A stretch of 64,000 nucleotides of DNA from Octopus sinensis (lineage: Eukaryota): assembly GCF_006345805.1 (NCBI RefSeq), contig NC_043002.1:87234001-87298000 (forward strand), in the 5' to 3' direction. The notes under the pieces are model-generated. The model was not told where the DNA came from. It made no database searches and saw nothing but the letters and a program-made list of their open reading frames with translations. Of this stretch, positions 39,570 through 52,410 are shown piece by piece. The translations under genes and the position numbers were made by a program. Positions within the stretch are counted from its first letter, which is position 1, and every line of letters begins with the position of its first letter.

Positions 39570-40640
39570 TCTGTCAATAGGAAAGGCGTTGCCCCGGAGA
39601 ATAGCGAGGGAGACGCACTGAAACAGCCAGTTCGACTCACGGGGCTCGCACTTACTGATAGTCAACTCTGCCCCGATAATTGTGAGCAGGGATATAACCA
39701 TGGTTGGTGGTGGGGAGAGGCGGCGAGCTGGCAGAAACGTTAGTACGCCGGGCGAAATGCGTAGCCGTATTTCGTCTGCCGTTACGTTCTGAGTTCAAAT
39801 TCCGCCGAGGTCGACTTTGCCTTTCATCCTTTCGGGGTCGATAAATTAAGGACCAGTTACGCAGTGGGGTCGATATAATCGACATTGTTTGTCCTTGTTT
39901 GTCCTCTCTGTATTTAGCCCCTTGTGGGTAGTAAAGAAATAGGTGGGGAGAGAACGCCGGAGGTGTCTGTTGCAACAGGCTCGACCACAAATCTATTAGA
40001 GAGCGGCCGATACTCAGACATTTTGCCTTGTCAGCTTGATGAGCAGCGAAGCTTGTGCTGGCAACCGAACGCACTAAGTACGCTGGAGAAGGTGTTGCAG
40101 CATGTGACATCCAAGACAACGGAACATGTGACATCCTACCACCACAGAACGGGAAAATTGTCATGCTGTCTGGCCTTTTACAGTCCCCACTCTCTGACCC
40201 TGCTGTCTTGAGCTGAGAAGGGAGGCCTGCGGCGTCTAGGCCATGATTTATTATCTCACTGAGAGTACCATAGCGTGGAAGGCAGCCAGCACTATAATTG
40301 CATGGCAACAGCTGGAGACCAAAAGAATTTACAATGGACCCGCAGAGCATTTGCGAGGCTCATAGATCCGGTGGCCTAGCTTCGAGGTAATGCAGATGCG
40401 CAAACATTTGCTTTCCAGCTGAGTACCAGTCGAGAGTGATGGCATTGCATTGAGCTAGGCATCACTGTAGAGGTTGGAGGCCGAGCGAAAACATATCAGA
40501 CTGTGATGGTCATGACGGTGCACCGGTTCACCCCAGATGATATTGCACTGGAAGGCGTCTCATTTGTTTTGGGAGAAACGAATGTCCACAGAGGGGAGAG
40601 GGGTATGGACAGCTGCAGGATAGGGCTAAGCTGGCTCTGT
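39570..40640 (-). mobile_element. CRE-like RLE non-LTR retrotransposon 3' relic interrupted by a SINE
   Basis: LNAMPS..LRI..LGHRIYEPRKC..LSEIINHGLDAAGLPSQL..GDCKRPDSMTIFPF..WDVTC, and past the SINE EPRESNWLFQCVSLAILRGNA. Confidence 0.8.
39719..39941 (+). mobile_element. SINE family B with 10-bp TSD
   Basis: GGTGGGGAGA at 39709-39718 and 39942-39951. Confidence 0.93.
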
Positions 40641-42431
40641 CGCGTAAGCCGCCTCGCCTCCCGTCTTGCCTAAAATCAATATACACAAACAACACATGCA
40701 TATATGTTTTTGTATCTGTGGAGATTTGGAATTCTTTGTGGTAAATTTTATGGCTCTTTTACTTTTTGAGTCATAATCGCACCGCAGTTAAATTTTGTCG
40801 TTGATAAAATAACGCACCAATTTAATATTGAGGTTAAGGACACCGAATAAACCCTCCTCTAAAAATTGCTGGTTTTGTGGCAAAATCAGAAACAGTTATG
40901 TTGTGCGAGGTGGGCACTGGGGTATCTGAATCGTTAGAGTGTTGGCTAAAACGCTTTGCGGTATTTATTCAGGCAAATATATGTTCTGAGATCAAATCCT
41001 AACGAGCTCAATTATATCTATCCTTCCTCTGAGTACGATAAAATATAGTTCCAGTCAAATAGTGGGACTCATGTGATCAGCTGATCTTTCTTTTACGACT
41101 GTTGTCCATGCACCTAAATTAGAAAGTATCATTTTGTTCGAGGGTAACTGTTAATGGCAGCTTTTGTAAAATCTTTGCCCGTTTTTAATTTCATATCTCA
41201 CCGGCATTGAATCTACTTTTCAACCTTCTAGAGATTGTAAAAATTTAAGAAATAACATTTATATACTGGAATCAATTAAACCAACATTTCCTAGTCTACC
41301 TCCTTCCAGATAGATCTCATTCATTAGTAGAAGGAATAGGGGAGGTCATCATATAGCTTTTACCAGACTATGGAGGTTGATAGTGTCGATGCTGCGATTG
41401 AACTTCTGGAGGTTAGTGCTTACAGAGTGGAGAAGCTCCGTGATATAATTTTCAAAGCCACTGAGAGGTGTCACCTTGGGTAAGTGTCTTGTATCATAGC
41501 CTCGGGTTGAGGAAAGCTTTAGGAGAGAAATTTGGTAAATGGAAATTATGTGGAATCCTGTGGGAAAGCTGTTTCTGTTGTTGGCTTAATCTGTCATTCG
41601 TTTTAACAGCATGATGGGTGCTTTTAGCATTCGAGTCAGGTCTTCGTTTCCTTTTGCTTCCAATTGTCCAAAGCCCCGTCCAAAACCAAATATATGCTAT
41701 CCTTCCATGACTGACTCATGGATCAGTACTTTATACTTTATTATCGACACCGAAACACTGAAAGACAAAGTTGACATTGGTGGGTTTTGAACGTAGAGCA
41801 CAGAGAGTCCAAACAAATAACACCTGGCCTTCTATCTGATACTAGCAACTCTGCCAATTTGCCGTCTTCTTAACACTCCTCCGCAGATTAAGTCATTAAA
41901 AATCTGCAGATTATTTCTGTTTACACTTTCAATTTTACCTCTATATCGAAATATGTCGTGAAATAATTGTATCCTTTTCCCTCTTCAACGAATAAATTGT
42001 ATTCCGATATTAAATACATTAACATTTGATAACTGCTTTTAAACATAGAAGAAAGTTAATAAGTAAATTGAATACTTTCTCTGGTTGAAACAACGTCTCT
42101 TAATTTATCTTTGAAAATGACAGAAACTTTACAAATCTCAATTTCTCTTGTTTATAAATGTATTGCCTCGAGGCGTAGTAAGAAATGAATTAAATAAATG
42201 ATATCGTTTATAGACTCAAAATGTCTGTGTTGATTTCATTTCTCTAGCGGTTTTTAGTTTTGTCACCATGGCAATCTTGAGGATGCCTCTTTGTGGTGTC
42301 GTTAGGCCTACGAGCAATAGCAGCCAGATCTCCCTGAAACAGTATCTTATAAATGAAGGGCACATTGGATATAGTACTCAAGAGTTCTCTATTCCCGAAA
42401 AAACAGCAACAATAAGAACAGACAAACGGAT

Positions 42432-42600
42432 TAAGTCAATTGTATCGACCCCAGTGTGTAACTTGTACTTAATTTATCGACGCCGAAAGGATGAATGGCA
42501 AAGTCGACCTCGGCGGAATTTGAACTCGGAACGTAACGACAGACGAAATATGGCTACGCATTTCGCCCAGCGTGCTAACGTTTCTGCCAGCTCGCCGCCT
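42432..42600 (-). mobile_element. SINE family B
   Basis: Reverse complement of the family B head and body. Confidence 0.85.
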
Positions 42601-43823
42601 TCCGGTCAGGTTGATATATGCTAAGTAGTAATAGCACAATAATTACTACTACAGCAGCGACATCAATGATATCCACAACAAACGAAATTAGTGTACCAGT
42701 GAGAGACTATACTATAGATACAACGTGTTCTCTGAAGTAATTCTCCTTTTTTTGTTCATTTAATATTTTTTTGTTCACTTGTTTCCTTCATTAGACTGCG
42801 GCCATACTGGAGCACAGACTTGATGGAGTTAGTTGAACAAATCGCCCCCAGAACTTATTTTCATAACGTCTGGTACTTATTTTAGCGGTTTAATTTACCG
42901 TACCGCTAAGTTTTGGGGGTACTAATACCGGTTGTCAAGCTGTGGTGGAGACAAACACATACCTACCTACCTACCTACCTACCTGCCTATCTACCTTCCT
43001 TCCTACCTACCTACCTACCTACCTACCTACCCACATACCTACCTACATACCTACCTACCTACCTACCTACCTACAAGCATCATAGAACACAAAGGCAAAG
43101 TCAAAACTTAATATGGCGTCATAAAACATATAAATAAAATGAAGTGTGAGCCAACAAAGGTGCCTTTATAATGTGGTCACCGAACCTGCCAGAAATAGCA
43201 GCTACCTTACCGGCTTAAAAACGGAGGGGTATTGATTATCGTAGTCATAGATATACCGTCTGATAAAATAAGGTGGAATGATCATAGCTGGACTCCTTCA
43301 AACACTGATCTACTTTATCATGTTTGAAGTTGCACTAAACAACCACTGCCGCCGCTGCCGCCGCCGCCGCAACCACCACCACCACCACCACCAAAACTAC
43401 AATCTCATCACTATCACAAACATCGTTATCATCACAACAACCGCAACCACAACCACTATCACCACCACAACTACTACCTTCACCACAACAATCGTAACCG
43501 CAACCATCACCATAACAACCACCACTACCACCACCGCCGCCACCACCACGAAGAATACTTGACCATTTAAAGTTAGCTACACTTTCAACCCAATAAAATT
43601 TGTGCATTGAACGCCTCTGTTTCAAATGTCAAACGTTTTAATGTTCATGGCAACAAAACTTATTGACAATCTTACAAACTGTTTTTGACTTTGCTACCGT
43701 TGTTGAATCAGCCTCTCAAGTTTTCACAGATTAAAAAAAATTCAGTTCCACGCTTTACATACAGATGAAAGCGAAACAAATAAGAACAAAAAAATATTAT
43801 TATATCTCAACTTTTGATGACGT

Positions 43824-44130
43824 GGAGGCACATGGCCTAGTGGTTAGAGCAGCGGACTCGCGGTCGAGGGATCGCGGGTTCGAATCTCAGACCGATGTGT
43901 GTATTTATGAGCGAAACACCTAAGTTCCACGCGGCTCCGGCAGAAGGTAATGCCGAACTTCTGCTGACTCTTTCGCCACACCTTTCTCTCACTCTGTCTT
44001 CCTGCATCTTGCAGCTCACCTGCGACGGACCGACGTCCCGTCCAGGTGGGTAACCTATATGCCAAGGAAACCGGGAAACCGGCCCTTATGCGCCAGGCAT
44101 CGCTCGAGAAGGAACAAACGAACAACTTTT
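43824..44130 (+). mobile_element. SINE sharing the family C tRNA head, with a different body
   Basis: GGAGGCACATGGCCTAGTGGTTAGAGCAGCGGACTCGCGG..GGTTCGAATC. Confidence 0.8.
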
Positions 44131-44258
44131 GATGAGTGAGAATGACTAGTTGCTAGTTAGTTAGTTCCTTTCTGTCATTGACAGGGCATTTTGCCCATTA
44201 CCTGGATACCCTATTGCCAACAGCCGTGCTTCCCTATTTCCAGATAAATTCACTGGTG

Positions 44259-44562
44259 GGATCTTTCCGGTTTGAACGACAGTTTTTAACATAATTTCTA
44301 GGTAACTAAAAATTTTAAACTTCGTATACTGGTAGAATGTGTTTATAAAACATCTTTTTCTCTTGGCTTTATTGAGAAAATTCTATAGTTTTTAAGAAAT
44401 TGAAGAAAAAAAACCCAAATATCTTACAAACTATAGAATTTTCTCAATAAAGCCAAGAGAAAAAGATGCTTTATAAACACATTCTACCAGTATACGAAGT
44501 TTAAAAGTGTTTAGTTACTTGGAAATTATTTTAAAAAACTGCCGTTCAAACCGAAAAGATCT
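44259..44562. mobile_element. Palindromic derivative of the GGATC MITE made of two right ends
   Basis: Both ~130-bp arms match ~34140-34275. Flanks are not duplicated. Confidence 0.85.
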
Positions 44563-45103
44563 GAAAGTCAAGGAAGTCCTAAGGCGAGAGAGCTGGGCGT
44601 TTAAAAAGATCATAATTTTTCTTAGAAATACGATAACTAAGTATTGTTAGGATTAGTATTAAAGTAGGACATTGTGTTATTAGTGACTACAAGCAGGTAA
44701 TGATGTGCCGAGGTTCAATATAATTTTGTCATATAAGTTCTCGTTTTCTTTAGTAATTTCCATTAAAATTTAACTTGGAGGTACTTATCCCAGAAAATAT
44801 CCGAAAGGAAATACATGCTGAATGAAATAATATAGAAATACGTCGAAAATAATAAACCACTACAAAATTAGCCCCTGTTTAACTAAAATGTTTTTTGAAC
44901 ATGATAAGAGGCGATCGTAAAACGCCATTTGGTGAAAGATGTGGAGGTAAAAAAGGTGATAAATATTTATATAAAATATGAATAAATTAAAAGTAAATGT
45001 AGGTGAAACTTATTATATAATGCTTAATTTTTTGATTTAACATAGGAATAACACAGATGATGATGAACAGAGATCAAATCGAACCATATCATCTCTGAGG
45101 ATA

Positions 45104-45530
<427 letters not shown>

Positions 45531-45857
45531 CTTTTCAACCTGGTTGGTGAAAAAGTCATTTTGTTTCCCCAAACAGGTTGAAAAGTTAAAACTTTAGGCT
45601 ATTTCTAGTAACAGTGACGCCACGTGTATAAACAATTTAGGCTGGACTAGTTACTCTGCTCTGACGGTATCTAAAATGTAGTTAAATTTTATCCTGATAA
45701 TGCAGTACCAGTAATTAAGACCAAAGTGCACACGAAGATGCTTAATTTGCAGCAGAAATATATGTAGGTACTAACATTGAAAGATGTGATTAACTATATA
45801 ATTTACTATATAATAAAACTGGATATGTAAACTTCTGTTCTCCTAATTTTTATTAAG

Positions 45858-45907
<50 letters not shown>

Positions 45908-45918
45908 CATACATATAT

Positions 45919-45986
<68 letters not shown>

Positions 45987-46233
45987 GTATGTGTGTATCA
46001 GTTCAGCAAAAATTTAGATTCAGATGAATATGGTACTTAAGTTGAGGCACCAAAATTTAGTATGGTATTATCCATACAATTTCAAAATAAGGTGATTAGA
46101 ATAAAATAAGCATCAAGGATATCCAGAGGTAATGCAGTACGATTGTTTCACGCAACTCCATTTAATTGAATAATGCAGTCATTACATCAATTTAAATGCA
46201 GAGCAATCCTCAACTGTACAAAAACATAGGATT

Positions 46234-46266
<33 letters not shown>

Positions 46267-46320
46267 TATATAGTGTTATATTTCGGGGCAGTCATTCTTT
46301 TCTCGTCAGATAAACACATG

Positions 46321-46359
<39 letters not shown>

Positions 46360-46579
46360 AAGGAATGGAGTAGATGAGACCTAGGCTACGTCATAGCGAG
46401 CGGAATCTCAGAAGTGGTAAATATCCAAGCGAGGTGTATACCGCGCATGCTACTCTTTAGGCCAAGGATACTTTGATTAAATGAAAGTTTACATTGGCAA
46501 AGAATCAATCAGAATGTGTAGATAGCACAGTAGGAGAGGAGAATATAAAATTTATATTCTTCCACCCCTAACAGGAACA

Positions 46580-47095
46580 TACGACCTATAGAACTCAAAG
46601 GATTTCTTCTCAAGCAAAAATACCCTCTTCTACTTAGAAAATAGCATACAACAAGCAAAAGAGATACCTATAGAACAACTTAGGGCAACATGAGAAAGAC
46701 GAACCAATCAACGGAACACAGTTCCATTTCTAGTAATTCATAATCCGCATCAGCAAAACATTTTTAACATCATCACAACAAATTTGCCAATCATGAAACA
46801 AAGTGACAAATAAAAAAAAAACATAACTAATCAAATACTTATCTTAAGCAAAAGGTAACTACATAACTCAGGGAAACTATTAACAAAGGTAAAATTCAAC
46901 ATGTATAAAGAGGATAAAACATTCACAGAATCCAAGTGTAATGATAACAGATGTGGAACCTGTCAGTATATGCATATTGGTAGATCCATTAGAACAAAAA
47001 AAAATGGACAGATTTTCACAAATGCAGATATGAACTCTAAAAGCAAAAATTTGATCTAGTGCATTAAATACCCTAATTGCGAGACATGGAATGCA
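46580..47095 (+). mobile_element. Penelope-like element ORF relic (RT thumb to start of GIY-YIG)
   Basis: QKYP..ENSIQQAKEIPIEQLR..PFLVIHNP..SKR..GKLLTKVKF..KCNDNRCGTCQYM..MNSKSKNLI*CI..PNC. Confidence 0.8.
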
Positions 47096-47795
47096 TTTTT
47101 GGAACACTCACGAGTTTGCCAATGTTTGCCAAATTCCATTGAGCGAACGTATAGAAACATATGGTCAGAAAATGTTTCCCTTTCCACAAACCACAAGACA
47201 CAAGTGAGGTTGGAAGAAAGATAAAAGAAAAACGTTTTATTAAAATGTTCAAACGTGTTCTCAACGGAAATAACAATAATATAACAATCAGTTAACGATG
47301 TAGACTTAAAAAAATATCTTTAACATATGTATATAAACAAATTACAGAAGAGTCCTACTGACTGAAATAAAAACGATTGAAGCCAAATAAGTTGTCGAGC
47401 ACTCAACTCAACTGTCAGTTAATACATTTTGAAATCTGATGATTACTACGAACGTATGAAAGTGCTAATTGAACTTTATGAACATTACTAAATATTTTTT
47501 TTAATGTTTAACACACTTCAACATTTAAAATCTTTTTTAAAAATGCAATAACAAAAAAATGTGAAAACCAGACCATGTTGTAACTTTATTCCTCTGATAT
47601 ATTATTCTATACACATTTACACAAATTTGGAAATATATATATATATAATTAATTTGGGAAAAACGAATTTCCAAATCAATCAGGTACAACCCTTTAGCAT
47701 TACATGCAGCTGCATATTGTACAGTGGGGTCTTGATTATCATATATTTATATATTTATCTAGAAATATACAAAATATATAATAGAAATCAATAAT

Positions 47796-48061
47796 AATTC
47801 AGTTTTTTGGATTAATAGATATGCGGGTATTCTATTTCAGATAATACAAAAAATAATTTAATGAGTATATCTAAAGGTAAACTCGTGGTGTCTATTTGCA
47901 CGTCACGAAATAATACTTTAATAATACTTTAACCTTTAAAGTATTATTTCGTGATGTGCAAATAGATACCACGAGTTTACCTTCAGATATACTCAATAGG
48001 TTTTTTTTTGTATTATCTGAAATAGAATATCCGCATATCTATTAATCCTCAAAGCTGAATT
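47796..48061. repeat. Palindromic MITE-like element, ~125-bp imperfect arms
   Basis: AATTCAG..GGATTAATAGATATGCGG.. mirrored by ..CCGCATATCTATTAATCC..CTGAATT. Confidence 0.88.
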
Positions 48062-48068
48062 ATATATA

Positions 48069-48122
<54 letters not shown>

Positions 48123-48184
48123 TTAGGGAGTATATCCATACTTACAGGGAAAAATTAGATTTAGGAGTAAATCAAATTTCACAG

Positions 48185-48283
48185 TATAAATATAAATTAA
48201 ATTAGAGATAAAACCACTATTATGCAAATCCCTGTTTGATTTGCATAATAGTGGTTTTATCTCTAATTTAATTTATATTTATA
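48185..48283. repeat. Perfect 46-bp hairpin with 7-nt loop
   Basis: Arms 48185-48230 and 48238-48283; loop CCTGTTT. Confidence 0.93.
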
Positions 48284-48506
48284 TATATATATATTCTTTT
48301 ACTCTTTTACTTTTTTTCAGTCATTTAACTGGGGCCATGAAGCGTTTTAGTCGAACAAATCAATTCCAAGATATATATTTTAAGCCTAGTACTTATTGGA
48401 TTGCACACTTTTGAAAACTGCTAAATTACGAGGACGAGAACAAACTAACACCGGTTGTAAAACAGTGGTGGTGGGGCACAAACACAGACACAAAGATGCA
48501 CAACAG

Positions 48507-48562
<56 letters not shown>

Positions 48563-48698
48563 ACATATAACGGGAAGCTTTATGAAAATAGACAAAAGAC
48601 GAAGGCAGGTTTACGGAAATAAACAAAAGACGAAGGCAGGTGGAATACAAACAAACAATTGTATTAGTATGGCGCTCAGGAAATATAAATGAAACAAG

Positions 48699-48736
48699 TC
48701 TTTAACGTTTCGAGCCTACGCTCTTCAACAGAAAGA
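48699..48736 (-). ncRNA. Minimal type I hammerhead-ribozyme fold with an A6U core variant
   Basis: UCUUU-CUGUUGA-A-GAGC(GUAG)GCUC-GAAAC-GUU-AAAGA: 5-bp stem I, 4-bp stem II, palindromic stem III. Confidence 0.62.
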
Positions 48737-48857
48737 TACACAGAGAAAAAACACAGAAAGAAGGAGAGAAAAAAAATATGCGTGCAGAAGCTAGCGAATC
48801 AACATGGCGATCTGATTTCGGCCAGAAGTCAAAGATCAAACATGAGACGCAAGAGCG

Positions 48858-48888
<31 letters not shown>

Positions 48889-49449
48889 TGTATGTATGTA
48901 TGTATGTATGTATGTATGTATGTACGACAGGCTTCTTTCAGTTTCCGTTTACCAAATCCACTCACCAGGTCTTGGTCGGCTCGAAGCTATAGTAGTAGAC
49001 ACACAGACAGCAAATTTATCTCGCATTTTAAACTTATGAAATTTATCTCAGCGAGCACTTTTGAAAACCATGTCTTCTCATTCGGAAATATATACGGGGA
49101 TTATCAAATACTCTAATAAATATATGGAAAGTATTTTGAGAAATCGCACAGCGTACCATAACTACGTGAGATATTCAAGATCTGTAATAATTATTGGAAG
49201 ATGTTTAAATATCAATTGTCCATGAAATTTGTTGAATTTGACATTTGAATCCCCCCTCCATCACCTTCCTGTACTTCTTACCATTTGACTCTGACATTAT
49301 TGGTAACGATGCTCCAGTTATTGGTATAGTTTGCTGTATTCTGGGCTCGCTCCTCCCCCACAATCACCATTGCTCTAATCAAAACGAAAATATATAAAAT
49401 AATATTAGTATGGAATAATAAGCTTAGAAATAATGATAACGACGAGATA

Positions 49450-49480
<31 letters not shown>

Positions 49481-49604
49481 CGACGACAGTCTCCAAGACA
49501 ACGTTAACAATTCCACAAACATCTTAACTTTCTTCTTTTCCCCTGCTACAACTCTTGCCGTAGATGCTGGAAGGGCCTGGAAAATCATTATCTTCTACCT
49601 CTCC

Positions 49605-50110
49605 CCTTCCTCTCGCCCCCTCTACTTCCTCTTCCTTCTGTTATTCTTCCTCCTCGTCCTTCTCCTCATCGTTTTCCACTTCTTCCTTCTCTTTCTCCTC
49701 TTTCTCCTCCTCCTCCTCCTCCTCCTCCTCATTCTTCTTCTTCTTCTCTTCTTCTTCTTCTTCTTCTTCTCCTTCTTCTTCTTCTTTTCTTCTTCTTCTT
49801 CTTCTTCTTCTTCTCCTTCTTCTTCTTCTTTTTCTTCTTCTTCTTCTTCTTCTCCTCCACCTTCTTCTCCTCCTTCTTCTTCTCCTCCTCCTCCTCCTCC
49901 TTCTTCTTCTTCTCCTTCTTCTCCTCCTCCTCCTTCTTCTTCTTCACCTCCTTCTTCTTCTCCTCTCCTCCTCCTCCTTCTTCTTCTCCTCCTTCTCCTC
50001 CACCCCTCCTCCTCCTTCTCCTTCTCCTCCTCTTCTCTTTCTTCTTTATCTGCCTCTTCCTCCCCTTCGTCTTCCTCATCTTCCTGCATCTTCTTCTCTC
50101 CCTCCTCTTC
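49605..50110. repeat. (CTT/CCT)n homopyrimidine tract
   Basis: About 500 bp almost entirely C/T on +. Confidence 0.95.
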
Positions 50111-50279
50111 ATCAGCATCCCCACTACCACCACTATCGCCACTGTCGCCATCATCATCATCATCATGGTGAAGATATGTCTATACAGAAATAAAAGGAGG
50201 ACTTTGTTTTGATTCAGACATTACACACGTGAACTGATACGAGAAATAAAGCAAATTCAGAAGCATCTGAAGAGGAAGA

Positions 50280-50373
<94 letters not shown>

Positions 50374-50653
50374 TATTTTCTGAACCACTGGTGATTTGAA
50401 GTACTTGAACTACTATAGTAGTTACCTATACAGAGACTTTTGAACAACTCAATGTTAAATCTTTGTCCCATTTTTTATTTTTATTGTTTTAAATACCGAT
50501 TCGGCAAAAGAGGCTGAATAGAGTAAGTACTAGTATCTCGATTTGTGCGACTAAACATACCCACCTTCATTTATTTTTCATTTTCATTTTATCTAGTTTC
50601 AGCTCACGAGCTGTAGCCATGCTGGGGCACCGCCATTCATTTATATATAGATA

Positions 50654-50686
<33 letters not shown>

Positions 50687-50708
50687 ATATATAATATATA
50701 TATATATA

Positions 50709-51199
50709 CTAGCAGTATCGCCCGGCGTTGCTCGGGTTTGTAAGGGAAATAACTATATAAGCATTTTTAGAGAGTCACTTCCCTTATAAATTCGGGCTTT
50801 CTTAGCCCTTTTTGTTTTGGTGTCTTCAAGCCATGAAGTCGTTGTTCTAAAAGAACGCTGGTTTCCTTCACAACGCATTACGACGTTGATTTCTTTACAC
50901 TCCCTTCCCCACAGCTTCACGAGGGAGGGAAGGGGGAGAAGCAAACAGGTGCAGCTGTGAGCGTGGACGCCAACTCCGCCGCCATCGACATACGATGCAT
51001 TTTATGCATTAAAATGGAATAGAAAATGATGTTAAATTATTTTTAAAATCGTAGACTCATCGTTGACGCGCGCTAATAGTCAGACGGGCTCGATATGAAT
51101 CACGAATTTGGTTAAACTGCACCGCAAAATGTGGGAGAAGTTAGGAATGTAAATCGAAGGGGACAGACACTCACACAACTAGAGTTTTATATATATAGA
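50709..51199 (-). mobile_element. Complete non-autonomous Helitron, same family as 5923-6773
   Basis: A|TCTATATATAT 5' end at 51199; identical CCCGAGCAACGCCGGG hairpin plus CTAG|T at 50709; shared ~200-bp 5' region. Confidence 0.88.
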
Positions 51200-51427
51200 T
51201 ATATGTATATAGCATTATTAAATCTCAGAATGAGATTGAAACAGTAATCGCTCGATAATGTAAAGTATAGAAGCCATCTTATCATGGCTAACCACATTGG
51301 GGAGGAGGTGTTACTGTAGCTTTATAGCCCCAAGAGATCTTCGTCTCTAGCTGGCTTTAGACACAATATCAGTGTCCTTGGAGTATTTGCAAAGGAGGCC
51401 ACCCCTTCCTCGCAAGCCTGAGTGATA

Positions 51428-51470
51428 CGCTCGAACTAGTTTCGGGATTGTTGTCCCTCGTCAACGGGCG
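51428..51470 (-). ncRNA. Minimal type I hammerhead-ribozyme fold with a C3U core variant
   Basis: CGCCCG-UUGACGA-GGGA(CAACAA)UCCC-GAAAC-UA-GUU-CGAGCG. Stem I pairs 5 of 6; palindromic ACUAGU stem III. Confidence 0.68.
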
Positions 51471-51697
51471 GTAACCGCCAGGTCGCGATGAAAGTGAAGG
51501 CTCCTTTGCAAATATATATAAGTTTTTCTAATGGCGTCTGCCACAGATGTCGAAAGACGAGCGATTACTGTTTCAATCCCATTCTGAGATTTAATTGTGC
51601 TTACTGTTCGTTTTTCGACATCTGTGGCAGACGCCATTAGAAAAACTTATATATATTTGCAAAGGAGCCTTCACTTTCATCGCGACCTGGTGGTTAC

Positions 51698-51740
51698 CAC
51701 CCGTTGACGAGGTACAACAATCCCGAAACTAGTTCGAGCG
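51698..51740 (+). ncRNA. Second copy of the same hammerhead fold, with stem I and stem II mismatches
   Basis: CACCCG-TTGACGA-GGTA(CAACAA)TCCC-GAAAC-TA-GTT-CGAGCG. Confidence 0.5.
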
Positions 51741-51802
51741 TATCACTCAGGCTTGCGAGGAAGGGATGGCCTCCCTTTGCAAATACTCCAAGGACATTGA
51801 TA

Positions 51803-51894
<92 letters not shown>

Positions 51895-52366
51895 CCGGTG
51901 GTTAAGCGGTGATGGGTGGACAAACACAGACACAATCGCATAAACACACACACAACACACGTACGTACTTATGTTTGTATTATGTATGAGTGTGTCTGTG
52001 TGTGTGTGTGTGAGAGTAAAATTATGTAGATAGGGTTAAAATCCAAGCTGTGTCCTCTTGAAGCACACCTGATTATTCCAGTACTCAAAAGTCATATGTT
52101 GATGTTATATTTGTGTGAGGTATGCATAAGTATTGAAAATTCTGGAAAATATTTTTTTGCAGAGTAATTACATATCAAAACAGGAGATTGTTATTATTTG
52201 ATTCTCTATTTGAAGCACTTCTGATAAGAGATATCTAATATGTTTCTCCTACATGTACAATTTTAGAACTAACATTAGCAAATGAAATATGTCTAATGGT
52301 AAAAAATAATATAAAAAAACTGTAGCTATCTCCATATATATGTATGTATGTATACATATATATATA

Positions 52367-52410
<44 letters not shown>

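Larger units (their letters stand above)
51211..51804. mobile_element. Hammerhead-bearing PLE-terminal-repeat or retrozyme-like unit in head-to-head arrangement
   Basis: 51365-51560 is inverted at 51608-51804, and 51211-51254 is inverted at 51558-51601. Confidence 0.75.
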
